A DNA stretch of 26,878 nucleotides, taken from contig JANRJA010000151.1 of the NCBI GenBank assembly GCA_033764315.1, positions 1 to 26,878 of the forward strand, written 5' to 3'. Made by a program: the position numbers and the translations under genes. Shown here piece by piece: positions 1-8,106 of the stretch. Source of the DNA: Oculatellaceae cyanobacterium bins.114 (GTDB lineage: Bacteria > Cyanobacteriota > Cyanobacteriia > Elainellales > Elainellaceae). Each line of letters starts with the position of its first letter. Positions within the stretch are counted from its first letter, which is position 1. Under the pieces are notes generated by a model that saw only the letters and a program-made list of their open reading frames with translations, was not told the origin of the DNA and made no database searches.

Positions 1-16
1 ATAATACCCGCCTCAA
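1..16 (-). CDS. 5' end of a probable PIN-domain (VapC-like) toxin running off the window edge
   Basis: TTG at 16-14 overlaps the upstream TGA stop (TTGA coupling) and reads M-R-R-V-L, resembling the first strand of PIN toxins. Only 5 codons are visible. Confidence 0.35.
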
Positions 17-255
17 CTGTACTTCTCCTCCAGGTAATCCACATAGGATTCTGTAGGTTCTTCGGTACCTAACTGAACGACTCCAATTAAGCTCTGAGTC
101 CAGGGATTAAGCTCAGTCAAAGAATTTACGTTTGTCTTTGTTGGACTCAGTACCAGCGTTTCCTGTTGGATTGAACTCAACAACGACTGTACTAAACGCC
201 AGCGATCGCCAATCGACAACTGTAATGCCTGATTCTGTAGCTCTTGTAACGTCAT
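13..255 (-). CDS. small putative antitoxin (addiction-module component-like), 80 aa
   Basis: The N-terminus MTLQELQNQALQLSIGDRWRLVQSLL resembles addiction-module antitoxins. The C-terminus is acidic (ESYVDYLEEKYS), a purine-rich GGGAAGGG lies upstream, and the stop overlaps a downstream TTG. Confidence 0.65.
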   Translation of the reverse strand: MTLQELQNQALQLSIGDRWRLVQSLLSSIQQETLVLSPTKTNVNSLTELNPWTQSLIGVVQLGTEEPTESYVDYLEEKYS

Positions 256-337
256 CAGCCCTTCCCCAGCAACTGGTATCTATTATAAATTGCTGTTACT
301 TCTATTACCCGAAAGTGCTTCTAGTCAAGAATTTCTG

Positions 338-402
338 CCTAACTTTGAACATCAGCAGGTAAGCTTTCGGCTACGTCTTAACTAGTAACTGAGTGGCATA
401 AC
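338..402 (-). repeat. degenerate cassette-leader repeat, copy 1
   Basis: Shares CCTAACTTWGAAC (338-350 vs 7786-7798), CTACGTCTTAAC (371-382 vs 7829-7840) and TGAG-NN-GCATAAC with copy 2. Bases 353-383 match 8107-8137 at 23/31 positions. Confidence 0.75.
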
Positions 403-477
403 GATTGAGATGAGCCGCCGCAAATAATCTAGAAAACCTAGCACATAACCTCTCGGCGGTCGGCTCCATCGATTTGT
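396..477 (-). other. attC-like recombination site (R', L', L'' and part of R''), interrupted by the intron; the rest of R'' lies at 2405-2409
   Basis: Rebuilt top (minus) strand: GCATAAC-AAATC-GATGGAGC-CGACCGC...GCGGCG-GCTCATC-TCAATC-GTTATGC, 87 bp. This gives complementary R''/R' boxes, 5- and 6-nt spacers, an 8-nt L'' against a 7-nt L', and two unpaired bases. Confidence 0.85.
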
Positions 478-970
478 GTACGCCCAGCATGGGCGTGATC
501 TGATGGGGTGAAAGTCCCCTGTGGCGAAACCAGCGTCCAAATGAACCCAAAAGTTCCGAGTGACGATAACCACTAGCTTAAGGCAAGGGTGCTTCCGTGA
601 GGAAGGGTCTAGAGGAAGCCAGCGGCAAACCGACGAGCCGACGAACAGAAACGACATAGAAGGCTGAGATCTCCGGGTGAGTTGGCACAACACAACGAAA
701 CCCTTGGTTTAGGAGGCACAGTAAATGGCGCGGTTGCGGCGGGAAAGATCACGTTCTTATCTGGGGAGGTCTGTAAGGCAGCGGTTCAAGCAGCCATGGG
801 AGTCTGATTGAGGTCTATCTGGAAACGGTTAGGAAGCCACAGAACCCTAAAGTAGCAAGAACAGCCCGCCAGGAGGAAACTTCTGACGCTAAGCCTTACA
901 GAAGTCAGCCGAGTCCATAGTAGTTTCGCTGGAAACGAAGGGACGAACATGAACGAAATAAGGAGGAGCG

Positions 971-2305
971 ATGAACAACTCAAACTCATCAATGAACCTG
1001 GATAGGGGAGATGAAGTTTGGCGTGCTGACAGAGAGCCAGCCTTAGTCAACCTGATGGAGCGAATCTTAGAGCGCAACAATGTCTACCAAGCATGGATAC
1101 GAGTAAGGTCAAATCGAGGTGCACCCGGCAGTGACGGGATGCCCTTAGAAGACTTTCCGGACTATGCGAAAGAGCATTGGAGAGAGATCCGCCAATCCCT
1201 GATGGACGGTAGCTACCAACCGCGCCCCGTGCGTCGTGTGGTGATTCCTAAGCCCCACGGCAAGGGAGAGCGAAAACTGGGTGTACCTTGTGTTATCGAC
1301 CGGGTGATCCAGCAAGCCATCTTACAAGTGCTCACGCCCATCTTTGACCCTGGATTTTCCGAGTCAAGTTATGGGTGCCGCCCGAAACGCTCTGCTCATG
1401 GAGCAATCCAGCAGGTGAGAATATTTGTCAAAGCGGGCTATCGGTACGTGGTGGACTTAGATCTAGAAAAATTCTTTGATACGGTCAATCACGACGTGTT
1501 GATGGCTCGTGTGGCTCAAAGAGTCACCGACAAAGTGTTGTTGCGCTTGATTGGACGTTACTTGAGGGCGGGCGTGATGGTCGGCAGCAGCCTGGAGCCA
1601 ACCGAGTTGGGAACCCCGCAAGGATCTCCCCTATCCCCCTTGATGTCCAATATCCTGTTGGATGACCTGGACAAGGAGCTAGAAGCCAGAGGACTGCGGT
1701 TTGCACGTTATGTTGATGACGTGGTGATTCTCGTCAAAAGCAGACGGGCAGGACGACGGGTGATGGTGAAAACTAGCCATTACTTGACTCAGAAGCTGAA
1801 ACTCAAGGTCAATCGTGAGAAAAGCCGAGTGGTTAAGATTGAGGAACTGGAGTACCTGGGATTTACCTTCCGAGGTATTCGGATTTTCGTGAGTGACCGC
1901 GCTATACAGAACTTCAAACACCGACTGCGACAGTTAACCTCGCGCAGTTGGGGAGTTTCAATGGCACAGCGATTCTTACGGTTAAACCGCTACTTGCGAG
2001 GGTGGATGAACTACTTTGGCATTTCCCAGCGTTACAGCCCAATCGAAGAGTTAGACGGGTGGCTGAGGCGACGGATACGAATGTGTTATTGGAAACAGTG
2101 GCGTAAACCGAGGACTCGCATCGGCAATCTGCTCAAACTCGGGACGAGTAAACGTCAGGCGATTTTGACCGGCATTAGTCGTAAAGGTTATTGGCGGTTA
2201 TCAAAAACGCTGGCAACGCATACGGGAATGACCAATGCGTGGCTCGAAGAACAGGGATTGCTATCAATTCGTAAACTCTGGATGAAAGTCCAGGGATACG
2301 CTTAG
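971..2305 (+). CDS. ltrA: group II intron reverse transcriptase/maturase without an endonuclease domain, 444 aa
   Basis: Motifs NRGAPGSDG, RKLGVPCVIDRVIQQA, DLDLEKFFDTV, GTPQGSPLSPL, RYVDD, YLGF and domain X (LRGWMNYF). No C-terminal HNH. Strong RBS AGGAGGAG at 961-968. Confidence 0.97.
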   Translation: MNNSNSSMNLDRGDEVWRADREPALVNLMERILERNNVYQAWIRVRSNRGAPGSDGMPLEDFPDYAKEHWREIRQSLMDGSYQPRPVRRVVIPKPHGKGERKLGVPCVIDRVIQQAILQVLTPIFDPGFSESSYGCRPKRSAHGAIQQVRIFVKAGYRYVVDLDLEKFFDTVNHDVLMARVAQRVTDKVLLRLIGRYLRAGVMVGSSLEPTELGTPQGSPLSPLMSNILLDDLDKELEARGLRFARYVDDVVILVKSRRAGRRVMVKTSHYLTQKLKLKVNREKSRVVKIEELEYLGFTFRGIRIFVSDRAIQNFKHRLRQLTSRSWGVSMAQRFLRLNRYLRGWMNYFGISQRYSPIEELDGWLRRRIRMCYWKQWRKPRTRIGNLLKLGTSKRQAILTGISRKGYWRLSKTLATHTGMTNAWLEEQGLLSIRKLWMKVQGYA

Positions 2306-2335
2306 TTCATCAAGGTTGTTTGCGCGTCTTTATGA

Positions 2336-2404
2336 ACCGCCCATTGCGGACCCGCATGATGGGTGGTGTGGGAGGGGCAGGAGAAACACCTGCCTCGACC
2401 CGAT
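2336..2404 (+). ncRNA. group II ribozyme domains V and VI
   Basis: DV (2336-2367) ACCGCCCAU-UGCG-GACC-CGCA-UG-AUGGGUGGU carries the CGC triad typical of class C. DVI stem GGCAGG/CCUGCC, with a candidate branch A in CGACCCGAU. Confidence 0.92.
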
Positions 2405-2535
2405 TATGCGGCGATCGCAAGGATAAGACCTGTGCGTATCCATTAAGGTACTCAATATTACCCATCGCGTCTCAACCCACTCGCTTGAACACTAAAGGGC
2501 AACCCCCATCACCCATACTTCATGGCATCCCTATT

Positions 2536-4494
2536 TTAGGGGTTAGCTAGTTTGAGGACTTCTTGAGTAAGTTCTTCCAACTCTCTCTGTGTTATGTTTA
2601 TGCCAAGTACCTCAAAGTTTAACCCCTCACCTCCCTCCTTCACTGAACGTTGAAGTCGGCGCACAATCCCTTTGCTTGGCACATCTTTGGGGAGAACACC
2701 GAAGATTTTTGTTCTCAGACCGTTCTTAAGATATACAAGATATTCTAGGTCACCAACAAAGATACTTGGCAATGTGCCGTCTTCAAAAAAGTCGAGGCGC
2801 TCAAGATCTATCCGCGCCTGTCCACCAAGTTCACCGAGTTTATACTCCTTGGCTACCTCTTTCTGGGCGTCCTCTAGCGTTTTATTGAACGGTTTTCCCT
2901 CCTTCAATGCCTGTAGCTTCGCACGCTCAAAGCGTTTTGATGCTATAGACTGAAGACCTGCACGCTCAACCTCGCTCACCTCGTAAATATATTTGAGGTC
3001 CCTTGCACTGGCTTTCCCAGATTTTGCCTCATCAATTGCCAAGATTTCGAGAACACCCTGAATATTCTTAATCTGCTCTGGTGTTCGCTGTCCATACCAC
3101 ACCTGTTGAATATCTTTAGACGGTAACACTCGAGCAACAAGACCATCAGTTAGCTTCCGTTTGTTACTGTCAGTAAGTAAATGACCGGGATAATATTGCA
3201 GTTTAGCTTTTCCCACATCAAGTCCGAGCGCCTTGGAGCCAAACTGCTCCTGCAACAGTCGTACGGTTCTGCTTTCTTTGAATTCTTCGAGCAGCTGACC
3301 TTTCGCCATTGTGACGCTTAAACCTTTCTTTGTAACCCCTGCGTCTGCGACGCGTTTAAGCGCAAAAGAGTCCAGCTCTTTGAGCACTGGCTTTGCAGCT
3401 CCTAATTTACCTAACGCCTCTAGCACAGCCTTCTCGGTAGCTGTAGTAACAGGTGGAACCACGGCAACACCAGCTTTTCCCGTCAATGTAGAAAGAGCCT
3501 TATCTACATCCTTAGCAAGCTGCGCCGGAATCTTCTTTTCTGCCTTGACCAATATTCCAGCCTCACGCAGAACCTTTGCTACTGGAGGTGAGTTGCGCAG
3601 AGCAAACAGCTCGCCTAATTTTATTAACTTCGTCCAATTAGCTCGACCATACATGCGCTCAAGACGCAAAGCGGTGTAAGCACCTTTACCAGCTTTCACA
3701 AAGCGGGAAGCACCTGGTATTAGAACAAAAGTCAATAACATTGCTCGCTCAAAAGTTGATAGCTTTCGACAGAAGAGATCGCGCCCCTCGATTGCTTCAA
3801 CCAGCGACAATGCATTTCCTATATATGGAAGGCATTCTAGTACACCTGCAATCACTTCTGCTGAAAGCGGCGTATCTGGTACATCAAACTGAGTAACCTT
3901 TGCTCCCTGACTGGATGCAAGGCGCAGCGCATACACAATATCCTGCCTTTCTTCCAAAACCGTCGCCAGTCCAACGATCGCAGAATTTTTGTAGAACTCA
4001 GGATCATACCTGTGTTCTGCCATATAAGCTTGAACCGCTTTAATAAACTCATTTTTCACTGACTGAACAAGCGTTATCTCCTCTTTGAGGAGATAACGCT
4101 CTTCGACAAAATAAACTGCATCACACTTACCAGAGGTATGTGCTCTCACGTTCAACGTCTCAAGACGTTTTGTGACGGCTTCCATGTATTCCCTATCCTT
4201 TTGCAGGATCTGAGCTTCCGTAGGTTCATACTTCCGTAGATCTTTGTCTGCACGCTTCGCTGCATCTATTTGCCAAAGGTCGGGGCCTCTAGTTCCTGGC
4301 TGTCTTTGAGAGCGAAACTCCCAGATGTTAATGATGTCAGATGGACGGAGCCGCAGATCTTCCTCCATCAAAGCTAGTGTTTGGCGTAGAAGCGTAATGG
4401 CATATGCAGATTCGGTTCCACTAGATAGGGCAGCAAACAATCTATCTCGTACTTCTTCCACACAGCGTCGGTAATCGTTGAGTGTACTGCCCAC
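2536..4494 (-). CDS. putative polymorphic-toxin-like effector: pre-toxin TG-like segment plus C-terminal restriction-endonuclease-fold-like region, 652 aa
   Basis: aa ~212-270 (LPYIGNALSLVEAIEGRDLFCRKLSTFER...IPG) resembles PT-TG. KGQLLEE(403), TDG(450), DEAKSG(489-491) and GGQARIDLERL fit a PD-(D/E)xK order. GTG start with AGGAG upstream. The ORF is secure; the function is inferred. Confidence 0.6.
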   Translation of the reverse strand: MGSTLNDYRRCVEEVRDRLFAALSSGTESAYAITLLRQTLALMEEDLRLRPSDIINIWEFRSQRQPGTRGPDLWQIDAAKRADKDLRKYEPTEAQILQKDREYMEAVTKRLETLNVRAHTSGKCDAVYFVEERYLLKEEITLVQSVKNEFIKAVQAYMAEHRYDPEFYKNSAIVGLATVLEERQDIVYALRLASSQGAKVTQFDVPDTPLSAEVIAGVLECLPYIGNALSLVEAIEGRDLFCRKLSTFERAMLLTFVLIPGASRFVKAGKGAYTALRLERMYGRANWTKLIKLGELFALRNSPPVAKVLREAGILVKAEKKIPAQLAKDVDKALSTLTGKAGVAVVPPVTTATEKAVLEALGKLGAAKPVLKELDSFALKRVADAGVTKKGLSVTMAKGQLLEEFKESRTVRLLQEQFGSKALGLDVGKAKLQYYPGHLLTDSNKRKLTDGLVARVLPSKDIQQVWYGQRTPEQIKNIQGVLEILAIDEAKSGKASARDLKYIYEVSEVERAGLQSIASKRFERAKLQALKEGKPFNKTLEDAQKEVAKEYKLGELGGQARIDLERLDFFEDGTLPSIFVGDLEYLVYLKNGLRTKIFGVLPKDVPSKGIVRRLQRSVKEGGEGLNFEVLGINITQRELEELTQEVLKLANP

Positions 4495-4539
4495 CCTTTT
4501 TGTTCTCCTAGCAACCGCTAAATTAATACATATGGCATT

Positions 4540-7500
4540 TCAAGTGAACGATGGGAGCGCGTCATCTTTCTGCAACCATACTAGCGTCGTAGGTACTGTA
4601 AATTCCCAAGACTCACCTTCAGGAGTTGCACCCGACAAATCATCAGTTTTATTCTTAAACTCCTCTGCAATGGAAATGAAAAGTGGATCATTTAGTCGTG
4701 GTGGTTCACCACCCTGCCAGATCTTCTTGTTAATATCCTTCTCCTGAGACTCAAGAAAGTACAGGATTGAATCATTGTAAGCAGGTGAAACTGGCACAAT
4801 AACGCGCGCCGCACCTGCTTGCAGAAATTGAGTAAAAGATGGATCAGGATCGTAATCGTTGCTTAGTTCAACCCACTTACTCTTACGTGTCCAGAAGTAG
4901 GGATAAAAGAGATAAGTGATTTGCTCCCATTCAAAGGCTTGTTCAAAGAACTGAATATATCTTCCCTCATCTAATGCCTCAAAAACATTTACCTCTGGAA
5001 GGTTCTTGGGTTGATCTGGTGGAGCAGTCATAGCATCAAATGAATTAAAATGCTGCCCAGTTAGCATGGTAAGGCAAAGCTTTTTCAGTTCTCGTTTCTC
5101 AATTTCTCGATTTATATCGGGATTTCTGCCTTCAATTACAACTCCAACCGCTTGAGACTTCGCTTGTGCTACCTTCTGATCGTAAGCCGTCTGAAGTGCT
5201 TTGTAGGCTGTATAAATCTTGTCAAAAGTCTGCATCTGCCATTTCTTAAGCTTCTCATCAGTACACTTGCAGATTGCTACTACATTTACTACATAAGCAA
5301 CGATATCATAACCAACTATACTAATAGGCAATACGCCACTTGTCTTGGATAAGGCATCTCCCACAAGCTGACCTCGAACATATTGTCTACCGTCAAAACC
5401 ATCAGGATGATTCGCGTTCTCTAAAGAGTATTGATCATTGCCAATCTGAATACTAAGCTGAGGGTGAAATTTCCAGATTGCCGAAATTTTTGCGCTGTAA
5501 TAATCAAGAGTGTACCCTTCAGGTATAGTGAGGTCCTTAACTGCTTTTGCAAACGTTTTTCCTAGTTCAAGCCCACCTTGTTCAAAAGCTATGCCTACAT
5601 TGACAGATAATGGTGGTGGAGGTTCAACCCCAGATGCATTATATCGACTAGCAAAGGTTTCATATGTGTTTATATCAATATCTGTAGATGTAATAGGAGA
5701 ACGGTCTAATTTTAGGAATGGCTCTGGTGGTTTTTCATCAATAACTTGTTCAGTAGCTTTAATCTGAGATGCTCTGTAATAAGCAGATGGCTCTGGTACA
5801 ACGAATTCCAGCATCATTCGCCTACCATAATTATAGACTTGGGCTCGATACTTCTTATTAACCCACCGGTAAATGCCAACTACATTATCATCGCCATCTT
5901 TATTATCAAGTCCATGCGTGTTGCTTTCCTCTATTTCTTTAATGGTTTTTGTTGTCCGCTCTGTCTTAACACGCTTCTGAATTTTAGTAACCGATCGATC
6001 AACAACATCACGGGCAAAATTTGCACTATTCTTTATTGACTCTTGCTTTGAGGTGGAATAGGCAAAATCACCATGCGCTGTAATAGTCACAGTTCCATAA
6101 CTACCAGTAGCAGTGACACCTGCTTGGACACTCATATCTTCTTTGAGCGTTTTCTCTGCTTCTTTTTTGAGTTCAAATCTATCAGTTGTTTGAGTGTCCC
6201 GTTCTGTTTCTTGATTATCCTCTTCAGATGTAAATAATATGCTCTCTGTTCGATCAAGAGTGCGATGTTTTCGTTCCTTTGATTCCCCTTTTAATACATT
6301 TTCAATATGTGCAACTTCCCCTGGTACATAAGCAAGAAGCTTCTCTTTTACAACTTTAAGATCTCCAATACCAAGTGGTCGTATACGTCCACTCACATCA
6401 ACATCAGGTACATCTTCAACTACATCAAAGTCTCGATCTAGAAGATCGTTTGGAGAGAAGATAGCTAGCAATGGATTGTTTCTTGGAAAACCCCTGACAA
6501 TCCTACGAAAATCAGGATTGTCACGTAGAGCATAAGCCTGTCTTGTCAAGGCAGTAGTATGATTCTGAAGTTTTTGTATAGCATTAGGGACACTAGTGGA
6601 ATCGTTGATTCCAAGTTTAGCCAAAATTTGATTTGTATTTTCAGCCATCGAATCTGTCAATACAGTCTGAAATCGAGGTATCGAAGATAGAAAAGCATCA
6701 TTACGAGATCCCTGCTGTTCATCGCTTGTTAATGGTGTTTCACTCTGAGATATTTCTGGTTGAAACAACTCTGGAGTATTAATTCCTTCTTCCAACAAAA
6801 GCTGTGTAGAAATAATCTCCTGCATAAGGTTCTGCATAGAAATTTCTGCTTCCCCAGTAGTCTGGGTTTGAGCTAAGGAAATAACTTCTGTGGAACCTTC
6901 TGTATCCGGTCTCTCATCAGCTATTTCGTAAAATAGCTTTGCAATAACTGGTGTAGCCGTAAGTGCAGTTAGTGCATCTTCACGGCTATCTAGCATACCT
7001 TCCGCTGCTAATGAAGCAAAATGAAGTGCACGAAGCGCAACCGTCGGAATTTCAATCCTTTGAGCCGCATCGGTGCCAGTCTTGAAGCCAATGTAAAGCG
7101 CATCCCAAGCAAGCTCTTGCAATGTCTTAATACGATCTTCACTAGGGCGTGCCAACTCAGTTTGAGCTAGCATTGCTTTCGCTGTAGGTATGTTCTTTTT
7201 ATCTGTCGAAGTTTCAAAGCAATCACGGGCTTTTTCATAAACTTCAACAAGAGGTTCTAAAGGTTTAAGATCAAGTTGAGTAAATTGTTCTTTAGCCTCT
7301 TCAGAATTAACGAGAGAACGTGAAAGCTGAGTTAGATAATTAAGTCCCTCAGAGTTTTGCTCACGTTGGTCACGAATAAAATTTCGTTGAACAGTTTTTT
7401 CGGAAATGAGTTGTGTAGGTCGAACGGCTACGAACTTAAATACATCTAGCTTATTGTCTCGCTCTGTCAAACGGACTTCAACATCAGCTTCTAAGTTTTC

Positions 7501-7608
7501 CGGAATGTCTCTCATCTTTATTGAGCCTCTTAAGCTTTGGTATAAGGCAACACCACTTAAGGCTGTTGCTAGCGTCCCTAAACCTATAGCAATGTCGAAT
7601 TCGCTCAT
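4540..7608 (-). CDS. large hypothetical protein, candidate beta-pore-forming or translocase component, 1022 aa
   Basis: Long intact ORF. aa 492-517 alternate hydrophobic and small polar residues around a GT turn, flanked by T/E/K/R-rich segments. Hydrophobic N-terminus at aa 6-23. Function is inferred. Confidence 0.55.
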   Translation of the reverse strand: MSEFDIAIGLGTLATALSGVALYQSLRGSIKMRDIPENLEADVEVRLTERDNKLDVFKFVAVRPTQLISEKTVQRNFIRDQREQNSEGLNYLTQLSRSLVNSEEAKEQFTQLDLKPLEPLVEVYEKARDCFETSTDKKNIPTAKAMLAQTELARPSEDRIKTLQELAWDALYIGFKTGTDAAQRIEIPTVALRALHFASLAAEGMLDSREDALTALTATPVIAKLFYEIADERPDTEGSTEVISLAQTQTTGEAEISMQNLMQEIISTQLLLEEGINTPELFQPEISQSETPLTSDEQQGSRNDAFLSSIPRFQTVLTDSMAENTNQILAKLGINDSTSVPNAIQKLQNHTTALTRQAYALRDNPDFRRIVRGFPRNNPLLAIFSPNDLLDRDFDVVEDVPDVDVSGRIRPLGIGDLKVVKEKLLAYVPGEVAHIENVLKGESKERKHRTLDRTESILFTSEEDNQETERDTQTTDRFELKKEAEKTLKEDMSVQAGVTATGSYGTVTITAHGDFAYSTSKQESIKNSANFARDVVDRSVTKIQKRVKTERTTKTIKEIEESNTHGLDNKDGDDNVVGIYRWVNKKYRAQVYNYGRRMMLEFVVPEPSAYYRASQIKATEQVIDEKPPEPFLKLDRSPITSTDIDINTYETFASRYNASGVEPPPPLSVNVGIAFEQGGLELGKTFAKAVKDLTIPEGYTLDYYSAKISAIWKFHPQLSIQIGNDQYSLENANHPDGFDGRQYVRGQLVGDALSKTSGVLPISIVGYDIVAYVVNVVAICKCTDEKLKKWQMQTFDKIYTAYKALQTAYDQKVAQAKSQAVGVVIEGRNPDINREIEKRELKKLCLTMLTGQHFNSFDAMTAPPDQPKNLPEVNVFEALDEGRYIQFFEQAFEWEQITYLFYPYFWTRKSKWVELSNDYDPDPSFTQFLQAGAARVIVPVSPAYNDSILYFLESQEKDINKKIWQGGEPPRLNDPLFISIAEEFKNKTDDLSGATPEGESWEFTVPTTLVWLQKDDALPSFT

Positions 7609-7785
7609 AAGTCCTTACATCTATTGTCTCAACCCATTGAGTACGAACTATGAATATTTCAGAGAAAGGCTTTAAGCGATAAGTTCTCCCAACTTGATCG
7701 CATTAACTTATCTAAAAATAAATTTCACGTTAACCCTACGCAATCAATTTAGTCAATTGCAGGATAGCAATCTTCACAATCAAGC

Positions 7786-7861
7786 CCTAACTTAGAACTC
7801 AAAGCTACCTCTTACAGATAACCTCTTACTACGTCTTAACCCAAGATTTGAGCCGCATAAC
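7786..7861 (-). repeat. degenerate cassette-leader repeat, copy 2, ending in GTTATGC (minus strand)
   Basis: Colinear with 338-402 (shared blocks listed there), with about 11 nt extra. Lies upstream of the 1022-aa gene. Confidence 0.75.
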
Positions 7862-7969
7862 TATTCTTAGACAGAAAGTTTCCGCCTAAGATCCCAAAAC
7901 CGGTGGATAGGCAAAAGGATTCAGCATAACAACCCCAATTTACTACTTATATAGATTATTTCCGCATAA
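7850..7969. other. cluster of tyrosine-recombinase-like sites
   Basis: GAGCCGCATAA-CTATTC-TTAGACAGAAA (7850-7877) has 11-6-11 geometry. Related arms are TTAGGCGGAAA (minus, 7889-7879) and TTATGCGGAAA (minus, 7969-7959). A second GCATAAC lies at 7924-7930. Confidence 0.45.
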
Positions 7970-8106
7970 TACGCCGTTTAAGCTGATTCGCAAGAATCGT
8001 TCTGCCTATTTTTAGATTCCTTACGGAGATACACTGCACCTTTATGATTGTCCACCACCTAAAGTCCAAGCTTATACCTATTGGCTTATCAATATGCCAT
8101 AAAGCC

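Larger units (their letters stand above)
478..2404 (+). mobile_element. group II intron, bacterial class C, attC-targeting type, 1927 bp, apparently full length
   Basis: 5' end GTACGCCCAGCATGGGCGTG (class C-type first hairpin), an RT ORF, domains V and VI, and a 3' end ...ACCCGAT. Exon junction is GATTTGT|TATGC. Confidence 0.93.

Noticed and set aside
476-482. Alternative intron 5' end at 476 (GTGTA)
   Set aside because: It would destroy the GTTATGC box on rejoining and the TTGT|TA junction. Position 478 also fits the class C first hairpin.
132-1080. Short ORFs 132-362, 382-693, 786-992 and 889-1080
   Set aside because: They overlap the antitoxin, the attC or structured intron RNA and have no recognisable motifs.
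971-2305. RT as a retron, DGR, Abi or CRISPR-associated RT
   Set aside because: Domain X, DV/DVI and both intron ends are present. No msr/msd, TR/VR pair or cas genes are visible.
2320-2550. 76-aa + strand ORF as an immunity gene
   Set aside because: It overlaps intron DV/DVI, spans the splice junction and lies on the opposite strand to the toxin gene.
371-7840. 12-bp direct repeat CTACGTCTTAAC as a target-site duplication or prophage att core
   Set aside because: It is one block of a longer degenerate repeat with three copies. No transposase or phage genes lie between the copies.
7850-7970. CRISPR array or a second complete attC
   Set aside because: The repeats are short and irregularly spaced, and no full R''-L''-L'-R' palindrome can be built.
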